A DNA stretch of 64,000 bases from Amoebidium appalachense (taxonomy: Eukaryota > Protista > Ichthyosporea): NCBI GenBank assembly GCA_963693365.1, contig CAVNZM010000010.1:558001-622000 (forward strand), in the 5' to 3' direction. Positions 1 through 13,606 of this stretch are shown here, one piece after another (positions within the stretch are counted from its first letter, which is position 1; every line of letters begins with the position of its first letter). Both the position numbers and the translations under genes were made by a program. The notes beneath the pieces are model-generated. The model made no database searches. It saw only the letters and a list, made by a program, of their open reading frames with translations, and had not been told where the DNA came from.

Positions 1-487
1 AGACGGGAAGGAGAAGGCACAAAAAGAGGGGTGGGAGAGGGGCGGGGGGGTGGGGGGAGGGGGGGGGGGGGGGGGGGGGGGGATCCTCCGGCAGATATAC
101 TATAGAATGGGAGCTTCAAGCTTCCACGTCCTTAAGCATTCAAATATTTCTAATTTATAACTTTCTTGTTACAACGTATGTTAGGCACTTGCACTACATC
201 GTTTACATGGCCTATGCAATATGGTAGTGTTGGTCTCTCGCAGGTAAAGACAATTACTTCAACACAAAGAGCCAAAGAAAAATTCAAGAAAAAATCCAAC
301 ACTTATATTTTAAAAAACTCCCCCACAATACGCTAGCTAGCTTGGAGAAAGAGGACAAAGGGGGGGGGGGGGGGGGGGGGGGGGGGTTATTGACAACGAC
401 AACCAAGAGGTCGAAAGATGAAAAGGGTTAAGGAAACATAGACCTACGCCTATTGACCAGTAGTACGCATCAGTCGACCATGTCTAG

Positions 488-1642
488 TTAAAAGCCACCC
501 CAACCCTCCGCTTTCATTTGCTGCAACCTCTGCTGCTTGGCTAGCACCTGGGTTTTCAGATCGTTTCTCACCCCCTCGAGGTGTGTGTGCGTGGCTCTCA
601 GGTGCTTAATCTGCCTTGCTGCGACTTCCAGAACATACGCCTGCGAAACAGATGACCCCTTGGGTGTGAAATGCCCTTCAGGCAGCACAGCTATCAACTC
701 TTTCAGCCCATCCTTCAACTCGGCGCGCCTTCGCTGTTCAATCTCCCTGTGTGCAAGAAGCTTGTTTCCCGTGCGCGAGAAAGGCGATGGGGACTCGACA
801 GCAGGGGGCGTCTGTGTATAGAAACGTGAAATGTTGCCAAAAGATTTGTCCGCATTAGACCCGTCTTTCTCGCTATCCTCCCCGCTCTCGTCCCATTCGC
901 TGGGTGATATTCCGCGCGACACCCCTCCATCCGTCCGCGGGCTTGATTGTTGACTTAAACCCCCCCTTCCACCCCTTCCTTTCCGAGAGCTTACACTCTT
1001 CGGGTGTATAAACCCTGCGCCACTACCGTTTGCGTTTTCCGTTTCCATACCGGAATCCCCACCGGGTGGAATGGCAATTTCAAGTGGAAACGCTGATTTT
1101 TCCCCATTGCCCGTGTACTGTGGGTCTGATAGTGTTGGGGTTACCTTGTCGACCCGAACAGACACGGCAGGCTCATCTCCCGTACTGGACTCTTCTCCCT
1201 TCCCCGTTTGTTCTTGTGACTCTTGCTTTTGCTTGCTGTCGCCAGAACGCAACTGTTTTACCATAGTTTCCAAACCAGTGTCATTCCCCGCTTGTGTAAA
1301 AGTTGCTTGGGATAGGGCCAAAAGGGCAGCCGCCGTTTCCTCCTCCGTTCTCAACTGTGCCTCCTCTGGATGATGTTGTAACCACTGCCCCTTTAACTCA
1401 AGCCCTTGATATGCCGGAATCCGTGCAAACGAATCATATGTTCTCACTAGCCTTTTGCTATTTGCAGCAGACTCAATGGGGTATTGCCTAATTGTGAACC
1501 CCTCGTATACAAAAAAGATGTCTGTGTTTTCATTCTCCGTTTCGTTTTTCTGTGTTTTTGCACGTTTACGCTCTCTTAGTCGTACCGTTGTGTCCGAGTC
1601 TTCGGCAATGGGGGGCCGCCCATCACCACTAAACGCAGCCAT
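488..1642 (-). CDS. Myc/Max/Mad-network bHLH-leucine zipper transcription factor (Myc-like C-terminal bHLHZ), intronless, 384 aa
   Basis: C-terminal HREIEQRRRAELKDGLKELIAVLP...SQAYVLEVAARQIKHL...LEGVRNDLKTQVLAKQQRL keeps the His/Glu/Arg triad of CACGTG-binding bHLHs and is followed by a zipper. The N-terminus is long and low-complexity. Myc boxes were not recognised, so the subfamily is not assigned. Confidence 0.8.
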   Translation of the reverse strand: MAAFSGDGRPPIAEDSDTTVRLRERKRAKTQKNETENENTDIFFVYEGFTIRQYPIESAANSKRLVRTYDSFARIPAYQGLELKGQWLQHHPEEAQLRTEEETAAALLALSQATFTQAGNDTGLETMVKQLRSGDSKQKQESQEQTGKGEESSTGDEPAVSVRVDKVTPTLSDPQYTGNGEKSAFPLEIAIPPGGDSGMETENANGSGAGFIHPKSVSSRKGRGGRGGLSQQSSPRTDGGVSRGISPSEWDESGEDSEKDGSNADKSFGNISRFYTQTPPAVESPSPFSRTGNKLLAHREIEQRRRAELKDGLKELIAVLPEGHFTPKGSSVSQAYVLEVAARQIKHLRATHTHLEGVRNDLKTQVLAKQQRLQQMKAEGWGGF

Positions 1643-2064
1643 TCTAATTTCAAACGAGCACAGCAGAAAGGGTTACACTAAAAAGGCCGCATAAGGGGAG
1701 CTGTGGATTGCAGTGATTGAGTGGGAAGAGTGGAGTATAACCGTTATAAGCACACTATGTGTGTGAGGAATGTCCTGTTTGCGGTTAGCACATGTAACGT
1801 CAGATGCTAGAGGGTGCCCACAAGCCACTCAAGACCTGTAACAAAAACGTAAAACACCGCATAACTGAATTAAAAAAATGTGTACCGCTTATAACCATCA
1901 CTACCCCCCTTTCGTAAAACACACAAAATGTTTATAGAAACATCTCAAAAATCACAGAAAAACTAACTGTACAGAAAGCTGAGCTTGAAGCCCAAGGAAC
2001 ACCAAGGTAACTTGGATTTGCGTAAAATTTGCGCAACCTCATTGCCACAGAGATCGACATCGAT

Positions 2065-2145
2065 CACGTGTTATGTGCACGTGGATGGTTCGCGTTCTCA
2101 ACAGCTCTCAGCGGTTAGCGTGCACCTCAGCCTGACGAACACGTG
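2065..2145. promoter_or_regulatory. Cluster of three CACGTG E-boxes upstream of the bHLH-ZIP gene
   Basis: CACGTG at 2065-2070, 2078-2083 and 2140-2145 in non-repetitive sequence about 420-500 bp upstream of the ATG at 1642; a fourth lies at 2581. Confidence 0.35.
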
Positions 2146-3870
2146 AACACTTCATATATACATACAGCTATATGTTATCTATAATTTCTACAACAAAGTT
2201 AGATGTTATAATTATAACTGTAGGACAGAGAAGACTAAAACATATTATAAATAAAGGTTCTACAAACGTATTTTTTTTAAACTCAGAAGCGGGTTTGGTC
2301 AACGGTACTGGTGACGTATGGCAGTGGGATTTAATATTGCCTATACATGAGTGTGCCACAGAGCTCTGCTATGTACATGTAGTGCGGGCCAGTTGGTGAG
2401 GGAAAGCCTTGGACACGGATCCGAAGAGAGGAGGGGGGGGGGGGGGGGGGGGGGGATGGTATGGGTTAACACCGGGAGGGATTGAATAGGGGAAGGTGGG
2501 GAACCGGGGGAGGGGGGGGGGGGGGGGGGGGGGGATATGTCTGCAAACAGATGCTATTTGGGACGACATTTAAATTGATGCACGTGTAGTAGGGATAGAC
2601 TTTGATTTATTTCCTGGGTTTTCAAATGTACATATAATAATAATGTCTGCGCGTGTGGTATCAGAAATGTAAAAGTCCCGTAACTTTTGAAGCGCATGTA
2701 ACGTATTACAAGCTCGATGTGGAATGCTTCGCTAAACATAGGCGTAAATATTCAGAAGTGGCTTTGGTTATAGTAGCCTCTTAGAAGAGGCAGTTGCCAA
2801 CCTAAAGAAAGTGTTATTGGGACAAAATTTTAAAGGGTGGCAAAATTTTGGTCAAAGAAATACACATGTACACAAAAAAAAAAGATTGTAAGAACAGAAC
2901 CATTTTTAGCTCACACTGTGACAGTCGAACTCTTTTGTGTTTGGGCACAATTGTGTTTACGGTGCCTTATATACAACAAGTACATAGAAACATAAGCATC
3001 CAAACAACTGCAATGCATTTACACACGCCATTCACAATTCGATACATAGTCACACCATTATAAAAATAGCTCACCAAATTATAACGATAAAATAAAGCGG
3101 GCTTGCCACCAGTCTCCTTCTGAATCATGCAGAACACTCGAGCGTTTCCTGTTGAAATCAAAGTTGCCGATATGAGCTGTGTGGGTGTGTGTGTGTAAGC
3201 AGATCACGGTGTGTGTGTGTGTGTGTGTAGGTGTGCGTGGGTGTGCCTGTGTGTGTGTGTGTGAGCGCGCGCGCGCGTGTGTGTGTGTGCCTGTGTGCCT
3301 GTGTGTGTGTGCGCGTGTGTGTGCCTGTGTGTGTGGCTGTTTGGGGGGGGGGGGGGGGGGGGGGGGGGATCAAGCGGCGGCGTGTTTAGGTGGGTGTGGT
3401 GTGGCCGAGTGAACAACATGCAACTAATTAGATACAACTGTTACAGCAGTTACGGCAATGAATGCATGCCTGTGTATGTGTGTGTGCCTGTGAGTGCTCG
3501 TGCATGTGTGTGTGTGCGCGCGCGAGCACGAATGTCACAATGCACGCAATGCGCGAGCGCGCGCGCGCGCGCACGTGTGTGTGCATGTGCACGCGCCGTG
3601 TGCGTGTGTGTGTGGATGTGTGTGTGTGTGTGTGTGGGTGGGTGGTGAGTGTACATGTGAGCGTGCGGGTGGGTGGTGGGTGGGTAGGTGGGTGTGCATG
3701 TGCATGTGTGCGTGTGTGTGTGTGTGTGGAGGGGAAAGGAGTATGAGGAGGAGGTGGGAGGGAGGGGGGGTGGGGGGGGGGGGGGTGGGGGGGGGGAGGT
3801 TTAGTATGTAACGAGAGTGCATGCCACGGTTTATTGAATATGAGCTTTGTGTCTGCATTTTTCGAAGGAA

Positions 3871-3905
<35 letters not shown>

Positions 3906-4293
3906 GGTTTCTGTGAATGTGTGTGCGGGAGTTGAAATATAAACAAATTGTCCCCGCATCTGTGCTCACAAGTGACGGTTAACCTTTGTGTGTGTGTGTG
4001 TGCATGCATGATTGGGTGTATGCATGTGCGGTAATCTGAAGGTGCATGCATGCCTGATTGGATGAAGACATGACATGAATGGTTACGTGTTGCCTGCATG
4101 TGCGTGTGTGTGTGAGGCTAGTGTGCCCGATTGCATGTGTGTGTGCTGGATGCTGGATGTGTAAGCATCTATGGCGCCCCCTTTCTCTCCCTCCCTCCCC
4201 CCTCCCCCCCCCTCCCCAATAAAAACAAAAGAAAAAAAGGACCGGTCCCTATACCCCCACGTAAATGTTTGAGCCCCTCCTCCTTCAAAATGC

Positions 4294-4378
<85 letters not shown>

Positions 4379-4760
4379 ACCACAAATCCACAGGCTCAGT
4401 ATCCCAAAACAACCGCCACCTCCCACTCACCAGAGTTCTGAGTGTTTGATTGCAAAGACGAATGGATCTGGGGGAGGTCGGGAAGAAAGTGTGAAAGGAA
4501 GGGTTGGGGGGAGAGGGGGAGGGGGGGGGGGGGGGGGGGGTTTGAATGCGTCATAAAGTTCGAAGTACACAAGAACAACGGACAACATGATGCAGAATGC
4601 AAACCATACAGGGGGCGGGCAAAGCAAACCATGGAAATTTTTTCAAAAAAGAAGGCGGGTCATGAGCAAGCCTAGAAAATGGAGTGCATTCAGGGCAGAA
4701 TCGAATGGGGGGTTTTCTTTCCTTTCCTTTTCCTTTTTTTCTTTCTTTTTTCTTTATTTT

Positions 4761-4803
<43 letters not shown>

Positions 4804-4988
4804 AAAAGATCTATTCAAAAGCCAACGAGTTGGGGGGGAGGGGGGGGGAGGGAGGGGGGGGGGGGGGGAGGGTAGGAGGGGTAGGAGGACAGAGAGAAAA
4901 GACAGGGAGGGGAAAGGGGGGGGGGGGGGGGGGGGGGGGCAAAAACACATACCTACTTGCCTGCTGCCTGCTGTCATAAGGGACCCCG

Positions 4989-6747
4989 TCATGTTGCACC
5001 GATAGGAAGGGTTGGGATGGACAGAAGTGCCTCTTTGACCTCGGGATAGTGCCTCCATTTGGATGCAAGGAATAAGAACATTTGTGCGGGTTGTGGCTGC
5101 CGAAACCTTTCGTCTTTGAGTAGCGCAAGCAGATTCTTCCCAAGTCGCTCCATGGAGGGACTGGGCTTGTTCTCGGGAAGAAAATACAAGACAACCGTGC
5201 GAGCAAGGTCAGAAGGAATGGAACACGATGAAAACCATTGCAAGGGGGTGTCTTGCTCGCGAAGTGTCAGTTCCGCATGTTGGCCCATGCCAAAAGCACA
5301 CGGCGGCATTGCAAAGTCGTGCCAGAAGAACCTACGCAGATATGAGGAGAAAACAATTGGGGTTTTTTCGAGCGGAGCAACCTTGCGTAGCAAGGAAAGT
5401 GCTCTACCCCCGTCGTTCATTTTTGCTGCTTCTACAAGGGCATTGATCTCTGCGATCGCTTGCAGTGTGGCCCACTGTGAGGTGTCTTTTTCGTTTGATA
5501 AGTAATATGCCAGCAAGTCTCTGATGACACAACGGCACACATGCTTAAGGCTGCTGTATCCGTGTGCCCAAAACAAAGCGCCAACCTCCCAATGTGTCGA
5601 AAATCGGCATTAGCCAAACAATATCTCGTCCGTGAAAAACGTTGGCTAACTGTGCGCAATGCCTCAAGCCCGCAGACACCAGCAACCAACGTTGTCATTG
5701 GTTCTCTCATATGTTCCAGGTTTTACGCACCTGACGGAAGCAGGAACGTGCCAAACATCCTACGTGCCCCTGCCTGCAAAGGTTCTTCCGCTACGATAAT
5801 GTCTGCAATGGTGTTGACGGTAGGGTCACCTATTTTACGCAACAACTTAACAAAAGCAGTGACACGCAAGTTCCAATCGGTACCAGCACGCTGCGCTTGC
5901 GTTGAAAGAAGAGAACGTGCAACAAACACAGCTGCTTGAGTCTCACTGTAAACGAAATTCTGAAAGCTGGCGGCAACGATGGGCGGAATGGAAGGAATGC
6001 ACGTGGTCAAGCAAGGCCAAGAAGTGATGTCGTCCCGGTGCAGCCTGTTCATGACGATTTGTTAGTTCTCCCTAGTAATTCTGATCTTTTCGACGTAGAA
6101 CCGTATGTTATATGTATGGTTTGTCTCACCGTTCTTATCCCAGAATTCGATTATCGCAGGAAGCCGTATGCGCTGACCCAGAAGGGTTGGATACTCGACG
6201 ATGGGGAATGTGACGTCTTGTTGGTTGCCCTGGCGGTTATAAGAATTGAGGATGACGATGAAAAGGGCGCGTCCGCTGTAGCCGAGTCCCAGTAGCGCTC
6301 AACTTCGTCGCTGGAAACTTCAGAAAACACAGACAGAAGACTTGTTAGCCGTATTCATTAGCACAGTGCGAGGCAACGCTCAGCGGGGAGAACTGGAAAC
6401 GCCGTAGAAGGAAACGAACAACCTCACGGTGTCCGAAAGAGGCAGCAACACAGAGATAGGCAGGGTGCAGGGAGGAATTAGGTTCGTCTTGGGGTCGTTC
6501 CTCGCCGTATACTCTGGTGAGAAGGGAAAGAGTTCGTTGTTCGTTCAAGCAGGGGTGTGCGTTCCAGTAGGCTTAGAGGATCGGCAGAGACTCTTTTACG
6601 CCAGACTTCAGAGGCAACTGCTGTGAAACGCTTGCATGTAAGAGCAAGGCGGAGCAGGATAGTGTCATCGCTTCTGCTTGCTAGCGTGAACATGTATGGG
6701 AGAGTTTCGTCTGGAAGCCATAAAAAGATGGGGCTGTGGGCGTCCAT
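4989..6747 (-). pseudogene. F-box + ankyrin-like protein, paralogue 1 (disrupted)
   Basis: N-terminal LWLPDETL..MF...LALTCKRF (F-box-like) and LCVAASFGHREVVRFLL (ankyrin-like). Colinear with 18344-20123 but split over several frames: frameshift after ADPL near 6575, stops at 6345 and 5723 (TAA where copy 2 has CAA), and another frameshift near 5540-5570. Confidence 0.75.
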
Positions 6748-7384
6748 TTTGAGGCGTATTCCCTATCACTCTCCCACGCGCCATGCTAACAACATGCAAT
6801 AGTAAGATCTTACTAAGAAGGTGCCAGTTTTTTTGGTAGAAGCTATAATGTTGAACAGAGTGCTGTACACTTGAACTAAAAAGTAGACGGTGTAATAGGG
6901 TTTCCTAGGATATTTGAACGTACGAAATCACCATAGCGCAGTGTCGAACACTTCGAACAACTTGACTGAAGTTGCGTTTCGTTATTTTGTTTTTGCACCT
7001 CTCCGTTTGTGTAAGGTCTTACCCAATCATCGCTAGGCGCGGGAAAAAATGGCCAATCATAGATCGCTTGGCATGCATGCCAGGAGCTACTACTAGAGAG
7101 AAGGGGGGGGTATGATTGGAGGGGGGGGTGTTCAGCTAACCTTATATGGATAAAGCAAAGTTACAAGGATTCAAGCCATTGGTTGGGCAAGACCCCTTTT
7201 GCCGAATATGGATAACAGATCATACACTGCTGTAGGCGGCGGTCAGGAATTGGCGCGCTCTTTACTGGTCACAACCAGTCCGGGAAGGCCATGAGCAGCA
7301 TTGCCGAGCACACTGGAATACGGGAATGTTTGCGGTAACGTAGTCGCACTAGGGGGGCAGGGGGCCAGGCCCCAAGTGTTTAAA

Positions 7385-8779
7385 ATGAAGCCAGGCTGCC
7401 CTAAGGGCACAACACAGCGCCCTGGGCATAAAACAGGCGGAGCTAGGGAGGGAGCTGGGCGCAAAAAAAAAAGATGCTGCATTTGTTCAGCCTTTAGCGA
7501 ACTTTGCAGGTTTTGGGACGGCAAACAAAGCTGTTTTGCAGGAACTAAACGTAAACGTACAACCCGAACAGCCCCCTCTATCTAAGGCCGCCGACATAAG
7601 GGCCCGTGTAGTTGAGGCAGGTAGCGTCCATTCGTTACCAAGAGAAATGGATCGGGCCCCTGCTCCACACCCACCAGACATACAGGTGCAACCCGACGAG
7701 GAACCTTTGCTAAATGCAGCAGCAGATGCGTACCGGGTAGACGAGGATGAAGGGGAGGAAGAGGGAGAAGATAATACGGACGGGGATGACGGTGGAGAGG
7801 AGTTTTCTGACGCGGCGGGCGAAACAATCAAGTCGCACCTGCACACAGTGAAAGAGAGTCTCAAAGATGAGAAGACGCCTGTGGGGTGGCATCTTCCACC
7901 TCCCATTATAGGCTTTAAATTTGGGGGCGATCCAGCGCCTTTCTACAAACCCAGATGTTTTGCCTGGCTTCCGGAAAGGTTGTCTCCCGGTTTCATGGTG
8001 CCGTGCCCCTTCGATGATCACTACGTGGACCCCCACAACCACCCCAACCCACACCGTACTTCTCGCAATGGGTTCATGAGCAACCCCGTAGGACGGCGTG
8101 TTATCGACTTTGACAGCTGCTACTACATTATCACGGCCCGGTACTTTTGTGACACATGCAAAAAAAACTTTGCCGGCACAAACCCCCAGACAATTAAACG
8201 CCTTCCACTCTTCATGCGTGATCAGTTTCCGGCCTACCTTAGCCACCGCAGTGGGCTCGACCTAAAGGTGGTAACATTGTTGCGTGCACTGGCAGACAAA
8301 GGTGTGGGCCCAAACGCCTTTGCCACCCTCCTCTCGGAGCTCCACAAGCAGCGATACGACGAGCAGCGGCTCCTGTATTACTCGAGGGCGCTGCATTGGA
8401 CCAAGTATGAACTCAAAAAGCGTAACGATTTCCGCCCCCACGACCAGCGCCTGACAGAACTTCCCCCAGAGGAGCAGGCGGCTAAGTTCTCGGCGTTTGG
8501 TGACAAAAATGGTTACGCTGGACATGTGCCTTCAGGCAAGTGTGCACTGCATTTTGGGTGTGTAAATGGTCCCCATTGTTTTGTATGCACGTGCTTGGGC
8601 ATTTTTTGGGTTGGCTTGGTAGGGTTTTGTTTTATTATTTTTTATTTTTTTTTTTAGGGGGGGGGGGGGACTTGGAAATGGGTTTTGGAAGTGTGGTCAA
8701 TAAGTTTCTATTATGGTGGTGGTGGATGTGTGGTGGTGGATGTGCGCCTGTGAGTGTGCGTGTACTTGTGGGTCCGTGT

Positions 8780-8810
<31 letters not shown>

Positions 8811-8895
8811 GGGGGAGGGGGGGGAGGGGGACATGGTGATGGATTAGGTGGTGGTGGTGGCAATCAGTCATGGTGGTGGTGGTGGTGGTGGTGGT

Positions 8896-8931
<36 letters not shown>

Positions 8932-9080
8932 GGGCAGAGGGATCATCAGAGGGGTGAAAGCATAACGGTCCATGTACCAGTGAGTGTGCTTGGGAAATCG
9001 TGGAGAACTGTTATGCCTGAAATTAGATGGTGGGTGTGCGCATGTGTGTCTGTGTGTGTTGGGGGAAAGGAGGTGGAGAG

Positions 9081-9127
<47 letters not shown>

Positions 9128-9321
9128 GGGGGGGGGGGGGCACATGGTGGTAGACTGGATCTTGGTGGCGGTACTTAATGGTTATTATAGTAGTGGCAGG
9201 AGGGTGTGGGGGGAAGGGCAAACGGACGTGCAGGGGACAAACTGCAGATGGGGCACAAAGGGGAAAGAAGGTGAAAGTTGGTGCAATGACTTGGAGGGTT
9301 TGCGCGCGCCGGGAGGCGGGG

Positions 9322-9355
<34 letters not shown>

Positions 9356-10048
9356 AACGGCCGGAGATGGGTGTGTAGCGTTTTTGAGATGGGAAAAGCC
9401 ATACAGACTTACGAAAATACAGAGAGGTGAGATGAACACGAGGGACTAGAGGGAATGGGGGGGATGGTCCTGATGGGAGGGTGGTGGAGTTCTAACAGTA
9501 CTTGGGGTTCAGGCAAATACCTGAGTGCCGTGTATACTGAGTTCAGCGACCGCACGGCAAAGTACCAGAGCCTGGACACGCAGCTCAAGCCCGTAAACAA
9601 CGTGCTCAAGGCCGACCACACCTTCCAAATTGGGAAGCTCACCGGCATCAATGGGGAGCCTCTGTACCGAGGCCTATGGACTTGTGTAAACGAGCTTGGC
9701 GGTGTGTGGTCCCTCCTCTTCTCCCCCCTCCCCCCACTCTCCCCCAGGCCCCCTTCCCCCCTCCCCCCCCCCCCCACACACGCCCACCCCCCCCCCCCCC
9801 CACACACACACACACACACGCCCCCCCTCCCCCCCCTCCCCCCCCCTCCCCCTCTAGGGCCTTTAAATCTCTTAGGCTCCACATTTAATGAGGTGGCACA
9901 CTGTGAGTAGAGGTTTGTAGTATGTGGGTTTTGGGGACAATTCTTGCCCTGTCGAGCAAAAACTAGGAAGCTCCAGATATGTGTGTATGTGTTTTTGCTG
10001 GGTAGAGATTGGGGTGGGCTGGGGTGGAGCTTTCTTTTGGCGGGGAAT

Positions 10049-10109
<61 letters not shown>

Positions 10110-12797
10110 AGCTTCTGCCAAGCAGAATGGGAGTAGGGGCCAGTGATTGCAAGGGATGCAGGGGGGGGGGGGGGGGGGGGGAGGAGACACCACCGTCGGG
10201 GTTGAAGGTAGAGAGGGCAAGAGGCCCGGGGTGGGGTGGGGGGGGGGGGGGGGGGGACAGTAGGTGCCATATGGAGGGCTGTCCCATGGTTTGGGGGGAG
10301 GGGGAGTGGGGAAGGATCGTGGGCACATGGGTTTGGGGGGAAGGCAGAGAGGGGGAAAGGATTGTGATCACAAGGGTTTAGGGGGAGGAAGGGGGAAGGA
10401 TTGTAGGTACATGGGTTTAGGGGGAGGGGGGGGGGAAGATTTTGGGGGAAAGGGAGGCCTGGGGAAAGTATGTGGGCACATGGGTTTGGGGGGAAGGAGG
10501 GGGAAGGGTTTTGGGGGAGAGGGAGGGGAAAGTATGTGGGCACATGGGTTTGGGGGGAGGGAGGGGGAAAGGATTGTGTGGGCACTGAAGTCTCGTGAAG
10601 GGCCATGTGGTAAGGGAAGCTAGAACATGCATGGCTGCTCGGAGATGCCCTCTCACACAGTGCGGCACCCCAGAGATCCGGGCGCAGGTATTTACACGGG
10701 ACTGCAGCCACCAGGAGATTGAGCCCGTGATCCAGCGCATCTCTGCCACCACGGCGGCGCTCAACAGCAAGGGCCCGGCCTTCTTCTACACAGATCGGTG
10801 CTGCCAAGACCGGGCGTTTGTTGAGCGCATGTTTCCAACCCTAGCCCGGCCAAAATGCCCCGTCCGTCTGAACGAGGCTGCGCTGGTAAGCGTGACGGAC
10901 GGTCTGCCTGGGCTGGAGCTGCCGGCCAACTACCCTAAGCCGGTGTACACCGACTGCCAGGGGGCGGTGGTGGCTACAGCGGCCATTCGTGCCGACCTGG
11001 AGGGGCAGCAGCACCGCGTGGTGGGGCTGGACTGCGAGTGGGTCTATCGGGTGGGCCAGGCGCGGTCCAAGGTTTGCACGCTGCAGATTGCCACCGCACG
11101 GGCCGTGTACATCTTCCACTTGGCACGCATGGGCCCCAACCACAGCCCGCCCGCGCGGCTGGTGGACGAGCTGATTGCGCTGCTTAGGGACCCCAGCATC
11201 ATCAAGGTGGGCAAGCAGATCGGCACGGACTCGGCCCACCTCAACAAGGACTACGGCACCCCTGTGGCCAGCTATCTGGAGCTGGGCCGGTTCTGCTATG
11301 CCCGTGCAGCTATCACCTCTGCGGCCCGGGGCTTGGCCGACATCACTGCCCAGGTCATAGGCAAGAAGCTGCCCAAGCCGGCACTTGTTCGATGCTCCAA
11401 CTGGCACGAGCCGCTATCAGAGGTGCAGGCCACCTACGCTGCCCTTGATGCATATGCGTCCCTGCAGGTCTACTCGGCCGTGGTCGATAGGCCAAACCTG
11501 TCAGGTGTGTATCCCACCTGCTTTTTGCCCCAGTGCTTATGTGCTTATGCCAGATATAGAAAGATTGTGGGCCCCCCAGAGGGAGAGGGGAGGGGGAGGG
11601 GGGAGGGGGGGGGGGGGGGGGGGGGGGGGTGGCTGACCACATGGGCCAGTGTTCCAGTTGTGTTATGCTGGGTGTCGGGTGGCTATCAAAGGAGGGGGTG
11701 ATTGGTGGTGGTGGTGGTGGTGGTGGGGGGGGGGGGGGGGGGGGGGGGGGGCTATAGCACTGTTAACACGTGCAAGTGCCACACAAGCTGGGCACTGGGA
11801 GAGGGGGGGGGGGAGGGAGAAGGGGGGGGGGGGGGGGGGGGGGAAGGGGGTTGCTAAGGAATATGCATTTGATTTTTGTGGAGCGAAGAGAAAAACGTTG
11901 GTGCTGTGGCTTTTTGGCTGAGTTTTTTGCTTCCCTCTATGACATGCAGCGCGGCTTCATGCAAAGGCACTCGGTGAAGGGGTTGAGATTGTGCCCCGGC
12001 GGGGCCCACATGCTGCAGCAGCCACCGGGGTGGTGCTGGCTGTGCAGCCGCAGCCGGAGCGCTGGGGGGGCATGAAGGTGGGCAAGAAGCATGCAGTGGT
12101 GCGGGTGGATCAGGTGCTGTCGCCGGCCATGCAGGTGCCCTTTGGCCCCGACAAGGGCAAGACCCTGGGAGAGCTGGGCCCGCCGCCCTTTGAGCTGATG
12201 GTGCACCTGCAGTGGCTACGGCCCATTCAGCCCCCACCGGACCCAGGTGCCGAGGTGCCGGTGGTCCCTGACCCAGCCCCTCCCCCTGCCAGTCCTCCCC
12301 CTGCCGAGCAGCAGCAACCCCTTGCCGGCCCACAGGCACCCCCCCAGGACCCCCAGGCAGCCCCGGGGGGCCTTGAGGCAGCCCCAGGGGGACCCGAGGC
12401 AGCTCCCAGAGAGGGCATGTTGGGCCAGGCACCGCCTGGGGAGGTGGTGTGGCAGACTGTGCTGAATGACGCCTTCCACTCCATTGCAAACACGGCGGAC
12501 GGCACGTACAAGTCACACCCCCGCAGGGCTGAGTACGCACGCGCACTCAGCGAGGCAATATTTGTGTGGAATGAAGAGGATTACGGACATGTGAAGGTGC
12601 CCCCCCTCCCCCCCCCCCCCAAAATAAAAAATAAAAAATAAAAATAAAAAAAACGGCAACAACAACATGCGTGACTGACGCGCACACACACATACACTCG
12701 TTAGCACACACTCACCATTCCACCCACAACCATGCACACCTTCGACAAAACTTCTGAGGGAAGAGAGAGAGCCTGAGCCTCAGAGAGAGGGGGGGGA

Positions 12798-12832
<35 letters not shown>

Positions 12833-13426
12833 GGGGGGGGGGAGGGGGGGAGGAGAGTGGGGGTTATTCATATGCCTAGAGAGAAATAATGTAGGGTTGT
12901 GGGGGGAAATAGCCACATGCATTTTTTACTTGTGTTGGGGGAGAAGATGGGGGGGGTGGAGGGGAGGGGTCCTACAATAACGGCAGGTATCAAAGTCTAC
13001 CAAACCCAAATTGCAGTGTGCGTAGTAAATTAATATTGGCATCCTGCCTCACAGGGGGTGCTGGAGCAGAAGGGCATCGACATTGAAACCGAGCTCAAGG
13101 GCGGCGACCTGAGCTACTTCATGGAGCGCATCCGGCGGGTTATTCCCGACCCATACACGCTGGTCTCGCGGCTGGTGGAGTTCAAAAACACCTACAAGGA
13201 TGTGCCGCCCGGACCGGATGGCAAGCCTCTGTTCAAGAAGGATGGCTTTGAAAGACTCGAGGCAACATCCCCCCCCCCCCCCCTCCCCCTGCAGGCGCCC
13301 AACAACTCCACCACCACAGAAAAGATTCTTCGCTTATTTGTCATCCTTGGTTCATCTGCACACACACGCACACCCTAGCCTCCCCCCCCCCCCCCCCCCC
13401 CCCCCCCAAACATACACACACACACA

Positions 13427-13478
<52 letters not shown>

Positions 13479-13557
13479 CCCGCACGGCCCTTGCTGCCTA
13501 GCCAGTTGTTTTTTGCCTTTCCCTGCTCGTTTTTTTCCTTAGCAACCCCATCCCCCC

Positions 13558-13606
<49 letters not shown>

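Noticed and set aside
10374-10425. TTTAGGG telomere-like motifs
   Set aside because: Isolated variants inside the 38-bp minisatellite, not a telomeric array.
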